Assembly (NCBI GenBank): GCA_003245525.1
Contig: QKCY01000500.1
Location: 1-55,686 of the forward strand
DNA from: Victivallales bacterium
GTDB taxonomy: Bacteria > Verrucomicrobiota > Lentisphaeria > Oligosphaerales > Lenti-02
Length of the DNA: 55,686 bases
Direction: 5' to 3'
The notes under the pieces are model-generated. The model was not told where the DNA came from. It saw only the letters and a program-made list of their open reading frames with translations, and ran no database searches. Positions 38,568 to 48,814 of the stretch are shown in pieces (the first letter of the stretch is position 1; each line of letters begins with the position of its first letter). The position numbers and the translations under genes were made by a program.

Positions 38568-39284
38568 TTAGTCCTCGCTGTAGAGCATGGCGCCGCAGTT
38601 CTGGCAGGTGACCGGCATGCCCTTGAGCGCGTTCATGCGCAACTGGGCCGTGACGTTCATGCGGCACCGGCCGCAGACTTCGTCCCGGATCGGTACCAGC
38701 ACCGCCTGGCCATTGCCGCGCGCCCGCCCGCTGGTGCGGAGGCGCTCGTAGCGCTGGGCCGCCTGCTTCTCGACGGTGGCCAGGGCCGGTTGGCGGACCT
38801 TGTTCATCTCGGTCAAGGCGGCTTCGCTGTTCGCCCGCCGCTTCTCCAGGTCGCCCTGGACCTCGGCCACGCGGCGTTTGGTCACGTCCAGAATCCGGAC
38901 GCATTCCCGCTGGGCCGCCCGCGCTTCCTCGATCGCGGCCATCAGTTCCAATTCGCGGTCCTCGCACTGGCCGATCAGATGGTCGTACTGCTCGATCTGA
39001 TGCATGGCCGCGCGGTATTCCTCGTTGTTCTTGATCATGGCCGACTTGGACTGGATACCAGCCTTCTTCGCCTTCAGCGATTCGACCTCGATCTCGACGC
39101 CCTTGAGCTCCTTCTCCAGGGTCTGGACTGCTACCCGCGATTGGGCCAGCCGGTCCTCGTCACCCCGTTGGAGCCCTTCCGCCGCCGCCTTGTCCCCGGG
39201 AACGGAGTCCAACTGAGCTTGCAGTTTGGCCATGCGGACATCGATACGCTGTACCTCGAGCAGGCTTTCCACCCAGTTGTGCAT
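38568..39284 (-). CDS. Coiled-coil protein with C-terminal C4 zinc ribbon (COG1579/DUF164-like)
   Basis: Long heptad-rich region followed by CGRC..(16)..CQNCG. Start chosen at ATG 39284 (MHNWVESLLEVQ). The ORF-track start at 39344 is possible. Confidence 0.75.
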   Translation of the reverse strand: MHNWVESLLEVQRIDVRMAKLQAQLDSVPGDKAAAEGLQRGDEDRLAQSRVAVQTLEKELKGVEIEVESLKAKKAGIQSKSAMIKNNEEYRAAMHQIEQYDHLIGQCEDRELELMAAIEEARAAQRECVRILDVTKRRVAEVQGDLEKRRANSEAALTEMNKVRQPALATVEKQAAQRYERLRTSGRARGNGQAVLVPIRDEVCGRCRMNVTAQLRMNALKGMPVTCQNCGAMLYSED

Positions 39285-39670
39285 CCAACCAATATCCTTT
39301 GCTGGCCAAAGATCGAAGGGAGGCGTCCGACGCCTGCAGGGCATGGCGCGGGAAAAGAAAATAGTGCCGGATTGGCTGCTTTTCCAGTGCTGCTCCCCGA
39401 TGCCTCCTTGCCGGAGGTCTGGCCTTTTCCGGGGAGCTGCCTATAGTAACCTAATGTTAGCTTGGTTACGATAGGTGGACGTCTGCCGGGGCGGTGCGGA
39501 AACAGCGTGTTCGGTGCAAAATGGCTGGAATGGTACTAGGTTTCCAGGTGTCGCCAGTCGACCCAGTCCCCACAGGTAGCCATCGCGTCGATCATCGCTA
39601 GAGGATCACTGGCTTGCCCTCCTACCCCACTCCCGCAGGAATCCCAAGTTATTCCGGCAGACTCGTCACC

Positions 39671-42178
39671 ATGGCGGTGGCGGGTGCCGTCCTGCTGGCG
39701 CTGCTTGGCCTGGTCCATTCCTCCCTGCTGCGGCATGGCCTGGTCCAGCGGGAGGAGACGATGAGCCGGTTCCGGGCCGGCGTCGAAGGCCAAGCCCAGT
39801 ACGTGGGGTCCAGAGTGCAGGAGGCGTTGGAGCGCGCCCAGGCCGTCGCGGGGTCGGCTGCGCTGCGCCAGTGCATCGCGGACCCGTCCCCTGCCCGGAG
39901 AGCCGAAGCCCAGGCGGTGCTGGAGGCCCTGCTCGGTCCGGATGCCGCCAGGAGGCCGTCGCCCTTCGTGCAGGCAGTCCTGCGCGACGGGCACAAGACC
40001 CCCCTGCTCTCCCTCGGTCCCGATCCCACCCTGACGGAGCCCAACAGCCCCATCGAACGCCTGCCGGCACCCTCCTTCGTCCCGCTGCCCGCCGGAGGCC
40101 GGCCCTGCCACCTCGGCTTCGCCCGCCTGGCGGAGGGCGCGGCGCGCCTCGGCATCGGTGCCCCGGTTGCCGCCGAGGGCGCGGAGCCGGGGTCTCTCCT
40201 GCTGGTGTTCGGTCCCAACCTCGGCAGCCTAGTGGGTTTCCTGCGCCCGATGTGCGAAGGTCCGAGCACGTTGGCCCTGGCCTTGCCCGAGGTGGGCGTG
40301 GTGTCCTGCACGAACGACGTGATCGCCCCCCGCTACTTCCAGAAGGTGCTGCGAGTCGGCCCCGGTCAGAACACGGAAGTGGACGCCCGCCTGGCCGACG
40401 ACCATACCATCAGCTTGGTCGGGCAGTGGGAGCCGGTCGGCGATACCGCGCTGGTGCTGGCCTATCTGGCCCCCAAGGAGGAGACCCTCGGCTCCTTCTC
40501 GCCTGGCCTGGTGATGGCCAGCGCGGTGGTCTCCGGCGGCCTGGTCTGCGCCTTGTTGGCCGCCCTGTTCCAGGCCATCCGCCAGCATGAACGGACCGCG
40601 TTCCGGAACCTTGAGATGGCCGAGATGGAGCTCGAACTGCAGGACCAGTTGCGCGAGTACAACCGGACCGAAGCCGAGCACCGCTGCCTGATCGAGGGCA
40701 TGGACAGCGCCGGGGAAGTGGTGGCGATGGTGGACCTCCAGGGCCGTCTCACCTACGTGAACCATGCCTTCGAGGAACTGATCGGATTCTCCGCCCAGGA
40801 GGCGCTCGGCCGACAGATCGGCGAGTTCGCCCCGCCGGACGAGATCCAGCGCCTGGCCCCGGTGTTCGAGCGCAACCGCACCGTGGCCTGGACCAAGCGG
40901 GTCCGTTGCCGGCACCGCGATGGCGAGCGCCTCCGGTTGGACATCACCGTCTCGCCCGTCCGGGACGACGAGACCGGCGAAGTGTCGCACTACCTGGTGC
41001 TGGCCCGCGACGTGCGGGGCGATCTGGAAGTGGAGGAACGGGTGCTGCTGGCCCGCAAGCTCGAAGCCGTGGCGCGGCTGGCGGGCGGCATGGCGCACGA
41101 CTTCAACAATGTCCTCCAGGTCATCCTCGGCTATGCCGGGGAGATGATGGAGTCGGTGGACAATCCCGACCAGCAGGAGAGCCTCGGCCAGATTCTCGCC
41201 GCCGGTCGCCGCGGCTCGGAGATGACCGCCCGGCTGGTGGCCTTCAGCCGCCAGCAGGTGTCCCACCGGGAACTGGGCTCCGTCAACGACATGGTGCGGT
41301 CCTGCGCCCAGGGCATCCAGAAGCGGCTCGGTCCCAATGTGGACCTGCAACTCACGCTGGCCGAACCGCTCTGGGAGGTCGCCTTCGACGCCGGGAGGAT
41401 CGGCAAGGCACTGACCCATCTGGCCGAGAACGCGCGCGACGCGATGAGCAACGGCGGCGTGCTTACGGTCGCCACCGCGAACGTGAGCTTCACCGATACC
41501 TACGAGACCCTGATCGGGTCCCTGCCCGCCGGGGACTACGTGCGCATCAGCGTCACGGACACGGGCCAAGGCATCTCGTCCGAGAACCTGTCCCGGTTGT
41601 TCGAGCCACTCTTCAGCACCCGCCAGCAGGGCACCTTCAAGGGGCTCGGACTCAGCGTGGTGCATGGCACCGTCGCCCAGCACGACGGGGGAATCATCGT
41701 CGAATCGGTGCCTGGGCAGGGCACGACCTTCCACATCTATCTGCCCCGGGCCCAGGGCGAGGAACGGGATGCGCAGGAGGATACCTCCGAACTGATCCTG
41801 ATCCACGCCGGGGAGGGACGGACGATCCTGCTGGCCGAGGACGAGGAACCGGTGCGCCACGTGGCCGCGCGCCTGCTCGCCAAGGCGGGCTACGATGTGA
41901 TCGAGGCGGTGGACGGCCGGAACGCCATCGACCTGTTCGAGGAGCGCCGGGGCGAGATCGATCTGGCCTTGCTGGACATTGTCATGCCCGAGCTGAGCGG
42001 AGCCGCCGTGGCCGAGCATATCCGCCGGTCTTCGCCGGGCACCCCGATCCTGTTCTGCAGCGGCTACGCCAAACGCCAGATGCCCGAAGGCATCGCCCTG
42101 CCCGAGGACATCCCCCTGATCGGGAAACCCTACGAGCCGCGCCGCCTGCTCGATGCCATCGCCCAGCTACTGGGCTGA
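39671..42178 (+). CDS. Hybrid sensor histidine kinase (periplasmic sensor, PAS, HisKA, HATPase, receiver)
   Basis: Two TM helices flank a sensor domain of about 270 aa. PAS segment: VAMVDLQGRLTYVNHAFEELIG. H-box MAHDFNNVL, and DTGQGIS/GLGLSVV. Receiver: ILLAEDEEPVR..DLALLDIVMPELSG. The start is either ATG 39671 or TTG 39614. Confidence 0.85.
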   Translation: MAVAGAVLLALLGLVHSSLLRHGLVQREETMSRFRAGVEGQAQYVGSRVQEALERAQAVAGSAALRQCIADPSPARRAEAQAVLEALLGPDAARRPSPFVQAVLRDGHKTPLLSLGPDPTLTEPNSPIERLPAPSFVPLPAGGRPCHLGFARLAEGAARLGIGAPVAAEGAEPGSLLLVFGPNLGSLVGFLRPMCEGPSTLALALPEVGVVSCTNDVIAPRYFQKVLRVGPGQNTEVDARLADDHTISLVGQWEPVGDTALVLAYLAPKEETLGSFSPGLVMASAVVSGGLVCALLAALFQAIRQHERTAFRNLEMAEMELELQDQLREYNRTEAEHRCLIEGMDSAGEVVAMVDLQGRLTYVNHAFEELIGFSAQEALGRQIGEFAPPDEIQRLAPVFERNRTVAWTKRVRCRHRDGERLRLDITVSPVRDDETGEVSHYLVLARDVRGDLEVEERVLLARKLEAVARLAGGMAHDFNNVLQVILGYAGEMMESVDNPDQQESLGQILAAGRRGSEMTARLVAFSRQQVSHRELGSVNDMVRSCAQGIQKRLGPNVDLQLTLAEPLWEVAFDAGRIGKALTHLAENARDAMSNGGVLTVATANVSFTDTYETLIGSLPAGDYVRISVTDTGQGISSENLSRLFEPLFSTRQQGTFKGLGLSVVHGTVAQHDGGIIVESVPGQGTTFHIYLPRAQGEERDAQEDTSELILIHAGEGRTILLAEDEEPVRHVAARLLAKAGYDVIEAVDGRNAIDLFEERRGEIDLALLDIVMPELSGAAVAEHIRRSSPGTPILFCSGYAKRQMPEGIALPEDIPLIGKPYEPRRLLDAIAQLLG

Positions 42179-43672
42179 GCGGAGCTGGCGCAGGGCCGGG
42201 TAGAGCGAGCGGTAGAAGGCGAACTGTTCCGCATAGCGGGTCGCCCGTTCCGGGTCTGGCTCGATCACCTGTACCGGTTGGACCCACCGGGCGCTGATGT
42301 CGGGCAGGGCCGCCCCGGTGGCCGCCGCGCAGGCCAGCATGGCCACGCCCAGGCAGCCCGCCTCGGTCACGGCCACGCTGGTGATGGGCCGGTTCAGCAC
42401 GTCCGCCCGGATCTGGACCAGTTCGGCCCGCCGGGCGCTGCCGCCGGTGGCCACGAACTCGTCGATTCGCACGCCGGATTCGGCCAGCATCTCCACATTC
42501 AGCTTCATCTCGAAGGAGACGCCTTCGAGCAGCCCCTTGAGGAACTGGCCCCGGCTGGTCTCCAGGGTCATGCCGAGCACCGCGCTCAGGGGGGAGGGGT
42601 CGAAATGGGGCGTGCCGGTCGGGGTGAAATGGGGCAGGACTGTCAGGCCGCTGGGTCCCTCGGGCATGCTGCCCACAATCCGGTCGTAGGGGTTTCCGCC
42701 CCCCTCTTCGGCGGCCCGGCGTTCGTCGCCTGCCCAGGTGTCGTGGTACCAACGCAAGAGGTTGCCACCGGTCAGCGAGAAGGCCACCGTGGTGTACATG
42801 CCCGCGATGGTGAAGTCGTAGGTGCAGAGATTGCCTGCGAACAGCTCGTCGCTGAAGGCCGGAGCGGCGAAGGCCGGGCAGATGCACTCCACTGTGCCCA
42901 TGCCGTACATGGCGCGCCCCGGCGCGGTCACTCCGGCACCGAGCGCGCCGCAGGGCTGGTCGTGGCCCCCGGCGACCACGATTGCACCGGGCGCGAAGCC
43001 CAGTTCCGCGGTCACGCTGGCGGCCAGCTCACCGACGATGCCCCCGGCCGGAAGAGGTCGCGCCAAGCGGTCGGGCGACAGGCCCAGCGCCCCCAGGATC
43101 TCGGGGCTCCACTCGTGCTTCCGTACGTCGAACAGCATGGTCCGCCCGGCCAATGGATGGCTGATCGCGGGTTCCAGCCCCAGCCGTCGGTGCAGGAGCT
43201 CTTCAAAGCAATTGAATGCCGCCGCCCGCTCCCAGACCTCGGGCAGGTTGTCCCGCGTCCAGAGCAGCTTGGGCAGGGTGAACATGGGATGGCAGGTGTG
43301 CCCGGTGATCTCGTAGAGGCGCCGGGAGCCGAACTCCGCGCTCCAGCGCGCCCCGACCGCCGTGGCGCGGGTGTCGAAGGAGACCATGGCATTGGTCAGG
43401 AACTCGCCCTTCGGCCCGACTGCCGTGAAGGCCTCGCCCTGGCTGGAGACTCCCAGCCCACGCACCGGATCGTGTTGCCGGCAGGCCTGGCCCGCCTCGG
43501 CCAACACCGCATAGCAGGCCTCGATCACGGCTGCCGAATCCAACTCCGCCCAGCCTTCTCGCGGCACCAGGGTGGCATAGGACCGATGGGCCTCGGCCAA
43601 CACCTGTCCCTGGTCGCCGAAAACCACGGCCTTGCAGCCGCTGGTGCCAATATCGATGCCCATCCAACTCAT
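42167..43672 (-). CDS. FGGY-family carbohydrate kinase (xylulokinase/ribulokinase-like)
   Basis: MSWMGIDIGTSGCKAVVF is the FGGY N-terminal motif, and GGSARR is the C-terminal motif. Start re-placed at ATG 43672. The 3' end overlaps the histidine kinase 3' end by 12 nt (convergent genes). Confidence 0.85.
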   Translation of the reverse strand: MSWMGIDIGTSGCKAVVFGDQGQVLAEAHRSYATLVPREGWAELDSAAVIEACYAVLAEAGQACRQHDPVRGLGVSSQGEAFTAVGPKGEFLTNAMVSFDTRATAVGARWSAEFGSRRLYEITGHTCHPMFTLPKLLWTRDNLPEVWERAAAFNCFEELLHRRLGLEPAISHPLAGRTMLFDVRKHEWSPEILGALGLSPDRLARPLPAGGIVGELAASVTAELGFAPGAIVVAGGHDQPCGALGAGVTAPGRAMYGMGTVECICPAFAAPAFSDELFAGNLCTYDFTIAGMYTTVAFSLTGGNLLRWYHDTWAGDERRAAEEGGGNPYDRIVGSMPEGPSGLTVLPHFTPTGTPHFDPSPLSAVLGMTLETSRGQFLKGLLEGVSFEMKLNVEMLAESGVRIDEFVATGGSARRAELVQIRADVLNRPITSVAVTEAGCLGVAMLACAAATGAALPDISARWVQPVQVIEPDPERATRYAEQFAFYRSLYPALRQLRSAQ

Positions 43673-43701
43673 GGCCGAACTCCTCTCCGGTCGGAACTGC
43701 C

Positions 43702-44487
43702 CTACGGCAGGGCGATGGGGCCGATTTCCTTCGGCTGGGTGCCGACGCGGATGCCGCTCAGTTCGGGGACATAGGCATGGGTGAAGAAGGTCCGCGCCGG
43801 AATCTCGTCGCGGTAGAGCTGCTGGCGCGACACCACCTGCCAGCCAACGCCCTCCACCTTGGCCCGCTCGACCCACACCACGTCGATGCTGTGGATGCAG
43901 CCCTTGAGCACGGCCCCGCTTTCGGCCAGGGCGGTACCGAGGCGCATCTGCTGGACAACGACGCCCGCCCGCACCCCGTTGCTCTCCAGGCGGTCAAACT
44001 CCTTGTTGTCGAAGAAGCCTTCCCAGCCACCGATGATGTCGGTGCGGGGGCCCAGACTCTTGCGGACCTCTTCCAGGAACTGCTCGTTGGGCTGTTGCGG
44101 GTCGCCATCGCGCATGAGCATGATGCCCTCGTGGATCTTCATCGTCTTGGCATCGATCACCACGATGTCGTAGCGGTCCACCGGCAGGTTCCAGAAGATC
44201 ACGCCGGCCCCGTCGTCGATGGGTTTGCCCAGGTAGGGCTTGAAGACCTGGCGGTCCTCCTCGCTGGTGTCCTCGCGGCTCTTCCGGTCCTTGCGCCACT
44301 TGCGGCCCCAGGCGACGACCAAGCGGTCGCCGGGAGTCGCGAAACGCACCGTCAGCCGCCCCGTGTATTGTTCCGGGTTCTCGGGCTTGGCGTAGAGGTA
44401 GCTGCCGACGGGGACCACACTGCCGCCGCCCTGGATGCCGGGATCCAGCAGAACCAGGAACAGGGATACCAACAGGATCTGTCTCAT
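43702..44487 (-). CDS. Secreted hypothetical protein
   Basis: Signal-like N-terminus MRQILLVSLFLVLLDPGIQG. ATGA overlap with the upstream gene stop. I recognise no domain. Confidence 0.55.
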   Translation of the reverse strand: MRQILLVSLFLVLLDPGIQGGGSVVPVGSYLYAKPENPEQYTGRLTVRFATPGDRLVVAWGRKWRKDRKSREDTSEEDRQVFKPYLGKPIDDGAGVIFWNLPVDRYDIVVIDAKTMKIHEGIMLMRDGDPQQPNEQFLEEVRKSLGPRTDIIGGWEGFFDNKEFDRLESNGVRAGVVVQQMRLGTALAESGAVLKGCIHSIDVVWVERAKVEGVGWQVVSRQQLYRDEIPARTFFTHAYVPELSGIRVGTQPKEIGPIALP

Positions 44488-46514
44488 TTCATCGCTCCCT
44501 TCGCCTCTTGCGCCGCCGGGTGGTTCGGGTACTCCTTGGCGATCTTCTGGAAGACCTCGTTCGCCTGCTTGGTCTGCCCCGCTTCGCGGAGGATCATCCC
44601 GCGCTGCAACTCCACCTCGGGGAGGTTGGGCAGCAGGGGATCCATGAGCATGGCTCCGTCCAGCTCGGCCAGCGCCCCGTCGAGCCAGCCCAGCCGCTGC
44701 CAGTAGCGGGCCCGGGCGAGGGGCAGCGTGCCGTGCAACCGGTCCACCGGGGCGATATCCATCCACTGGTAGAGGACCTCGCGGGCGTCGATCAGGAAAT
44801 CGTCCTTCATCAGGTCGTAGAACCGCTGGCGCAGGGCGTTGCTCTGGACGGCGGCGAAGCGCTGCTGGGCACCCAGTTCGCGCGCGCCGAGTAACTCGTC
44901 CAGGACGGGCTTGGCCTCGTCGGCCTTGCCTTGCAGGATCAGCAGGTCCAACTGCAGGCCGCGCAGCATGGTCTGCTTGTCCTTGGGGGCGCCGCGCTGC
45001 ATCCGCGCGAGCAACTTCTCCGCCTCGGCGAAATCCTTGGTGCGGTAGAGCAGGAACTCCACATACTCGCGGGCCACATCGCCCCAGGCGGCCGATCCCC
45101 GCGCCAACTCCTCGGCCTTGTCGTAGGCGGGACCGCTCTTGTCCGGGACACTCCGGGCGGCGGCGCGGGCGAGCCCGAGCAAGGCGTCCAGACGCTCGGG
45201 GCCTGGCAGGTCCCGGTGGGCGACCAGAGCTTCGTACAGCGGCACCGCATCCTCGTTCAGTTCACGGTAGTTGAGGAAGTTGATGTAGCCCTTGAGCGTG
45301 CTGGGGTCGAGATCGCCCAGATTCCCCGAGAGCATCAGGGCCGCATACTGCTTGAACTGGTTGCCGTTCTTGAGCGAGAAGGCCTCCGGAGGCACCTCGC
45401 TGATGGGGACGACTCCCTGGGCGGTCGTCCGCTTGCGGGTGACGCGCACCGGCATGCTGCGGGTTCCGCACAGGATGCGCCGGACGGTCTTGCCCTCGGC
45501 CTGGAGACCGTCGCGGAAGGCGTATTCGGCTTCCTTGCCGTCATAGGTGCCCAGCTCGACCTCGGTGTACTGGGCCCCCTCGTAGTTGATGTAGGAGGTG
45601 TTCTTGGTCCAGAAGAGGGGATTTGCCTCGTCCCGGTGCCGGGTCTCCACCTGTTTGAACTCGGCATGGCCGGGTTGGCCGAAGTCCTGGGGCTTGAGCA
45701 CGTACTTGTTCTTGCCGTCGATCCAGCGCGCCAGCACGGCGGTCAGACCGCCGCCGAAATCCGCCAGGACCAGGCGGATCTGGTGAAGCCCCGCGGTCAG
45801 GTTCACCTCCACCTGGCACTCGCCCCGGGCGGCGTCGTTCGCCCAATGCCGCCCGTTGCGTTCGAGGACCAGCTTGTCGTCGATGAACAGATAGCCCGCA
45901 TCGTCCGTGGCCATCATGTACGTGTAGGGACCGGCCTTGGGGATCCGCAGGTAGCCATCGAAGACGAGGAAGGCCGGATCGGTGGAATCCACCGGATTGT
46001 AGGCCTGGTCGATGGTGTCCACGAAGACCGTGCCGACGAGTTTGGAATCGTCCAGGCGCTCCTTGACCTGCTTCCAGTTGTTGACGTCGCCCTCGGGCAG
46101 AGTGCGCACCGTGCAGAGCAGGCTCGGCAGGAAGGCGGTCTTGTGGACCGGCGACTTGATGCCCGACCCGAAGTAGATATACAGCGTCTTGGACCGGGGC
46201 AGGGCGCGGACCAGGGCGATGGCCTCGTTGGCCGCGCCTTTGCCCAAGGGGAGGATCGCCAGTTGCTGGCCATCCTGGTCGAAGGCCATGAGGTCGCTAC
46301 CGTCCTCGGCACCCAGACCGCAGACCGGGACCGAGACGGCGGTGCCCGCCTTGTCGTGGTTGGGCTGCGAGGTAATCTCGAACGTCGCCCGGAACGGCGA
46401 GTCCCCATGGTGCCACGGGGCGCTGGGAGCGGCCCGGAGACCCAGGCCGGCAACGACCGCAACCAACCATCCGCAACGGAGCCAGAGGCCAGGACCGGAG
46501 GAGAGGCGTGTCAT
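44484..46514 (-). CDS. Secreted PA14-domain / TPR-repeat protein
   Basis: PA14-like segment FDGYLRIPKAGPYTYMMATDDAGYLFIDDKLV..LTAGLHQIRL. The C-terminal third is helical and TPR-like (ending KIAKEYPNHPAAQEA). Start chosen at ATG 46514 (MTRLSSGPGLWL). Confidence 0.7.
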   Translation of the reverse strand: MTRLSSGPGLWLRCGWLVAVVAGLGLRAAPSAPWHHGDSPFRATFEITSQPNHDKAGTAVSVPVCGLGAEDGSDLMAFDQDGQQLAILPLGKGAANEAIALVRALPRSKTLYIYFGSGIKSPVHKTAFLPSLLCTVRTLPEGDVNNWKQVKERLDDSKLVGTVFVDTIDQAYNPVDSTDPAFLVFDGYLRIPKAGPYTYMMATDDAGYLFIDDKLVLERNGRHWANDAARGECQVEVNLTAGLHQIRLVLADFGGGLTAVLARWIDGKNKYVLKPQDFGQPGHAEFKQVETRHRDEANPLFWTKNTSYINYEGAQYTEVELGTYDGKEAEYAFRDGLQAEGKTVRRILCGTRSMPVRVTRKRTTAQGVVPISEVPPEAFSLKNGNQFKQYAALMLSGNLGDLDPSTLKGYINFLNYRELNEDAVPLYEALVAHRDLPGPERLDALLGLARAAARSVPDKSGPAYDKAEELARGSAAWGDVAREYVEFLLYRTKDFAEAEKLLARMQRGAPKDKQTMLRGLQLDLLILQGKADEAKPVLDELLGARELGAQQRFAAVQSNALRQRFYDLMKDDFLIDAREVLYQWMDIAPVDRLHGTLPLARARYWQRLGWLDGALAELDGAMLMDPLLPNLPEVELQRGMILREAGQTKQANEVFQKIAKEYPNHPAAQEAKGAMK

Positions 46515-46667
46515 GCTGGATTCAGTCTCCATGTTGCGGGCAAGGGATTCCCGGACCGACACACACAGTACCACCATCCCGTCCGCCTGCCCAGCATGGC
46601 ACGCGAGGGAAGGGAAGGCACTGCATCTATAGAGACGTTGCGCCCGCCCCCGCGATTCACGCTGGCG

Positions 46668-47159
46668 CTACTCGATCTCGCGGACCTTGGCACGGCGGCC
46701 GCTGCCCGCCTGGCGGATCTGGTATTCCTCCGGCGGGGAGTCGTCCTCCGGCGGCCGGATTCGGAACTGGCTGCCGTTGGCGGCTCCGAGCAACTCGTTG
46801 GGGGGACGCAGCACGGGTGCGGCGGGCTCCAGGGCATCGGGCACCACGCTGACCTCCACCTCGGGAGTGTAGACGACCTCGGCGATGCCGATCCGGACCC
46901 GCGCCCCGCCCATGAGCACCTGCTCGGTGATCCGTTCGTCGTTGACGAAGGTCCCCGTCTCGGTCTCCAGATCGCGGACGTGCCAGGCGTTGTCGCGGTG
47001 GAAGAACTCGCAGTGATGCCCGGACAGGCTCACGTCGCCCGGCAGGCTCACGTCGTTGCCATCGCGGTTGCGGCCCACCCGCAGCGTCTCATGCATTGCC
47101 CGGCGCATCATCTCCTGCGCGCCCTGTGCAGCCACACAAACGAGGAATTTTGCGTTCAC
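46668..47159 (-). CDS. Small stand-alone FHA-domain protein
   Basis: Contains LRVGRNRDGNDVSLPGDVSLSGHHCEFF..VRDLETETGTFVNDERI. The start is uncertain: GTG 47159 or internal ATGs. Confidence 0.65.
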   Translation of the reverse strand: MNAKFLVCVAAQGAQEMMRRAMHETLRVGRNRDGNDVSLPGDVSLSGHHCEFFHRDNAWHVRDLETETGTFVNDERITEQVLMGGARVRIGIAEVVYTPEVEVSVVPDALEPAAPVLRPPNELLGAANGSQFRIRPPEDDSPPEEYQIRQAGSGRRAKVREIE

Positions 47160-47225
47160 GGCCCGGCTCCTTGGTGGATTCGGCTAGCGTCTGAAAAGGG
47201 AGCATACCGTTCCCTGCCGTCCGCG

Positions 47226-48500
47226 TCAATCCAATTCCTTGAAGAACACACGCTTGGCCTTGCCTGGCTGGCGGGGCAGGGCCCCCGGCGGCAGCACGTC
47301 GCCCTTGGGCGAGAACTGGAGGCGCTCCTTGAGGTGCTTCTCCACCATGTAGCCCGTCACTCCCGCTTCGGCCTCCACGAGAATGCGGACATCGCGCACG
47401 CCGTCGTGGTCTTCGAGGATGATCTGGTACTCGGGCAGCACGCCGGGGATTTCCAGCAGGGCCTGCTCGACCTGCTTCGGGAAGAAGTTCACGCCCTTGA
47501 CGATGAGCATGTCGTCCACCCGGCCGGTGATGCGGTTGAGCCGCAGGGAGGTACGCCCGCAGGCGCAGCGCTCGCGGCTGCACAGGCTGGTCAGGTCGCC
47601 GGTGCGGAAGCGGATCACGGGGATGCCCCGGCGGCAGAGCGCGGTGAAAACCACCTCGCCGGGCTGGCCGTCGGGTACCGGTTCGCCGGTGGCGGGGTCC
47701 ACGATCTCGGTGATGTACTGGTCTTCCCAGACGTGGATGCCCGCATGGGCCGGGCAGTCCATGCCGGTGGTGCCGACGCCGCCGGTCTCGGTCATGCCGT
47801 AGATGTCGAAGGCCTCGATGCCGAGGGCGGACTCGATCTTCTTGCGCATGTTGTCGGAGAAGGTCTCCGCGCCGAAGATGCCCACCTTCAGGTTGGGCAG
47901 GTCGGTTGCCGTCTCGTCCAGCACCTCCTTGATGCGCACGGCGTAGGAGACCACGCCCATCAGGGCCTTCACCTTGAAGTCCTGCATGAGCTGGATCTGG
48001 CGGGGGGTGTTGCCCGAGCCGGTGGGAATGATGAACAGGCCCGCCTTGCGGCCGCCGTGGTAGAAGCCGAAACCGCCGTTGAAGAGCCCGAAGGAGGGGG
48101 TGATCTGAATCGCTTCGCCCTGGTCGATGCCCGCCATCCGGTAGCAGCGAGCCATGCATTCCGCCCACTGGTCCAGATCGGCGTCGGTATAGGCCATCAC
48201 CACGGGGGTGCCGGTGGACCCGGAGCTCATGTGCATTTCCCGCAACTCGTCCCGGTCCACGCAGAGCATGCCCAGCGGGTAGGTCTCCCGGAAGCTCTCC
48301 TTGCTCATGAAAGGCAGGCCGCGCAGATCGGCCAGCGAACGGATGTCGCCCGGCGCGACTCCGGCCGCCTGCATCCGCTCCCGGTAGTAGGCGTTGCGCT
48401 CGTACACCCACGCCACCGTCTCCTGCAACCGGGCCAACTGTAGGGCGGCCAGCTCGTCGCGGGACATGGTTTCGGCGCGTTCGTTCCAGTAGAGGCTCAT
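47226..48500 (-). CDS. paaK: Phenylacetate-CoA ligase family adenylate-forming enzyme
   Basis: 424 aa. Contains SSGSTGTPV, YGMTE, and a PaaK-like N-terminus (RDELAALQLARLQETV). AAGGAG lies 7 nt upstream of the ATG. Confidence 0.85.
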   Translation of the reverse strand: MSLYWNERAETMSRDELAALQLARLQETVAWVYERNAYYRERMQAAGVAPGDIRSLADLRGLPFMSKESFRETYPLGMLCVDRDELREMHMSSGSTGTPVVMAYTDADLDQWAECMARCYRMAGIDQGEAIQITPSFGLFNGGFGFYHGGRKAGLFIIPTGSGNTPRQIQLMQDFKVKALMGVVSYAVRIKEVLDETATDLPNLKVGIFGAETFSDNMRKKIESALGIEAFDIYGMTETGGVGTTGMDCPAHAGIHVWEDQYITEIVDPATGEPVPDGQPGEVVFTALCRRGIPVIRFRTGDLTSLCSRERCACGRTSLRLNRITGRVDDMLIVKGVNFFPKQVEQALLEIPGVLPEYQIILEDHDGVRDVRILVEAEAGVTGYMVEKHLKERLQFSPKGDVLPPGALPRQPGKAKRVFFKELD

Positions 48501-48645
48501 CGACCGGCTCCTTGGGCTTGCGGCACCGGGCTCCTACGCCCGGCGCATCACTCGCGATGCGAAACCGAGCAGTATAGACCTGCCCCCCACCATGTCAACG
48601 CCCCGCCATGTGGCTTGTTCCCGCCCGTTCCGGCGGACCCCCGCC

Positions 48646-48807
48646 TCACCCAAACAGCATCAGGCTTCCGCCCAGAGCCATCACCGGGCCCGCCACCTTG
48701 AAGAAGGTGCCGTATTTGGCCAGCCACTGCGTGTTCTTTTCGGCGTCCTTCGAGACGGCGACTTTGCCAAAGCCCACCAGCGTGAAGTAGATCCCGAAGA
48801 CAAGCAT
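48646..48807 (-). CDS. Possible small two-helix membrane protein (53 aa)
   Basis: MLVFGIYFTLVGFGKVAVSKDAEKNTQWLAKYGTFFKVAGPVMALGGSLMLFG. GC3-rich codons and two hydrophobic segments. I recognise no homology. Confidence 0.4.
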   Translation of the reverse strand: MLVFGIYFTLVGFGKVAVSKDAEKNTQWLAKYGTFFKVAGPVMALGGSLMLFG

Positions 48808-48814
48808 GCCTACC

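Noticed and set aside
34977-39446. Very long plus-strand ORF (1489 aa). Similar long ORFs lie opposite real genes: 30-1163 +, 1243-3618 +, 3622-5478 +, 14431-17142 +, 44931-48443 + and 50057-53545 -.
   Set aside because: Their translations are Gly/Arg/Ala/Pro/His-rich low-complexity strings with no motifs. They lie antisense to or out of frame with ORFs that have strong family signatures. Stop-codon scarcity in GC-rich DNA explains them.
39536-40111. 191-aa minus-strand ORF overlapping the start of the histidine kinase gene.
   Set aside because: It gives a Gly/Arg/Pro-rich shadow translation antisense to a well-supported sensor kinase N-terminus.
42167-42178. 12-nt overlap of the convergent histidine kinase and FGGY kinase 3' ends.
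   Set aside because: This is a real feature of the sequence but common in compact GC-rich genomes. No structure or motif suggests a regulatory role.
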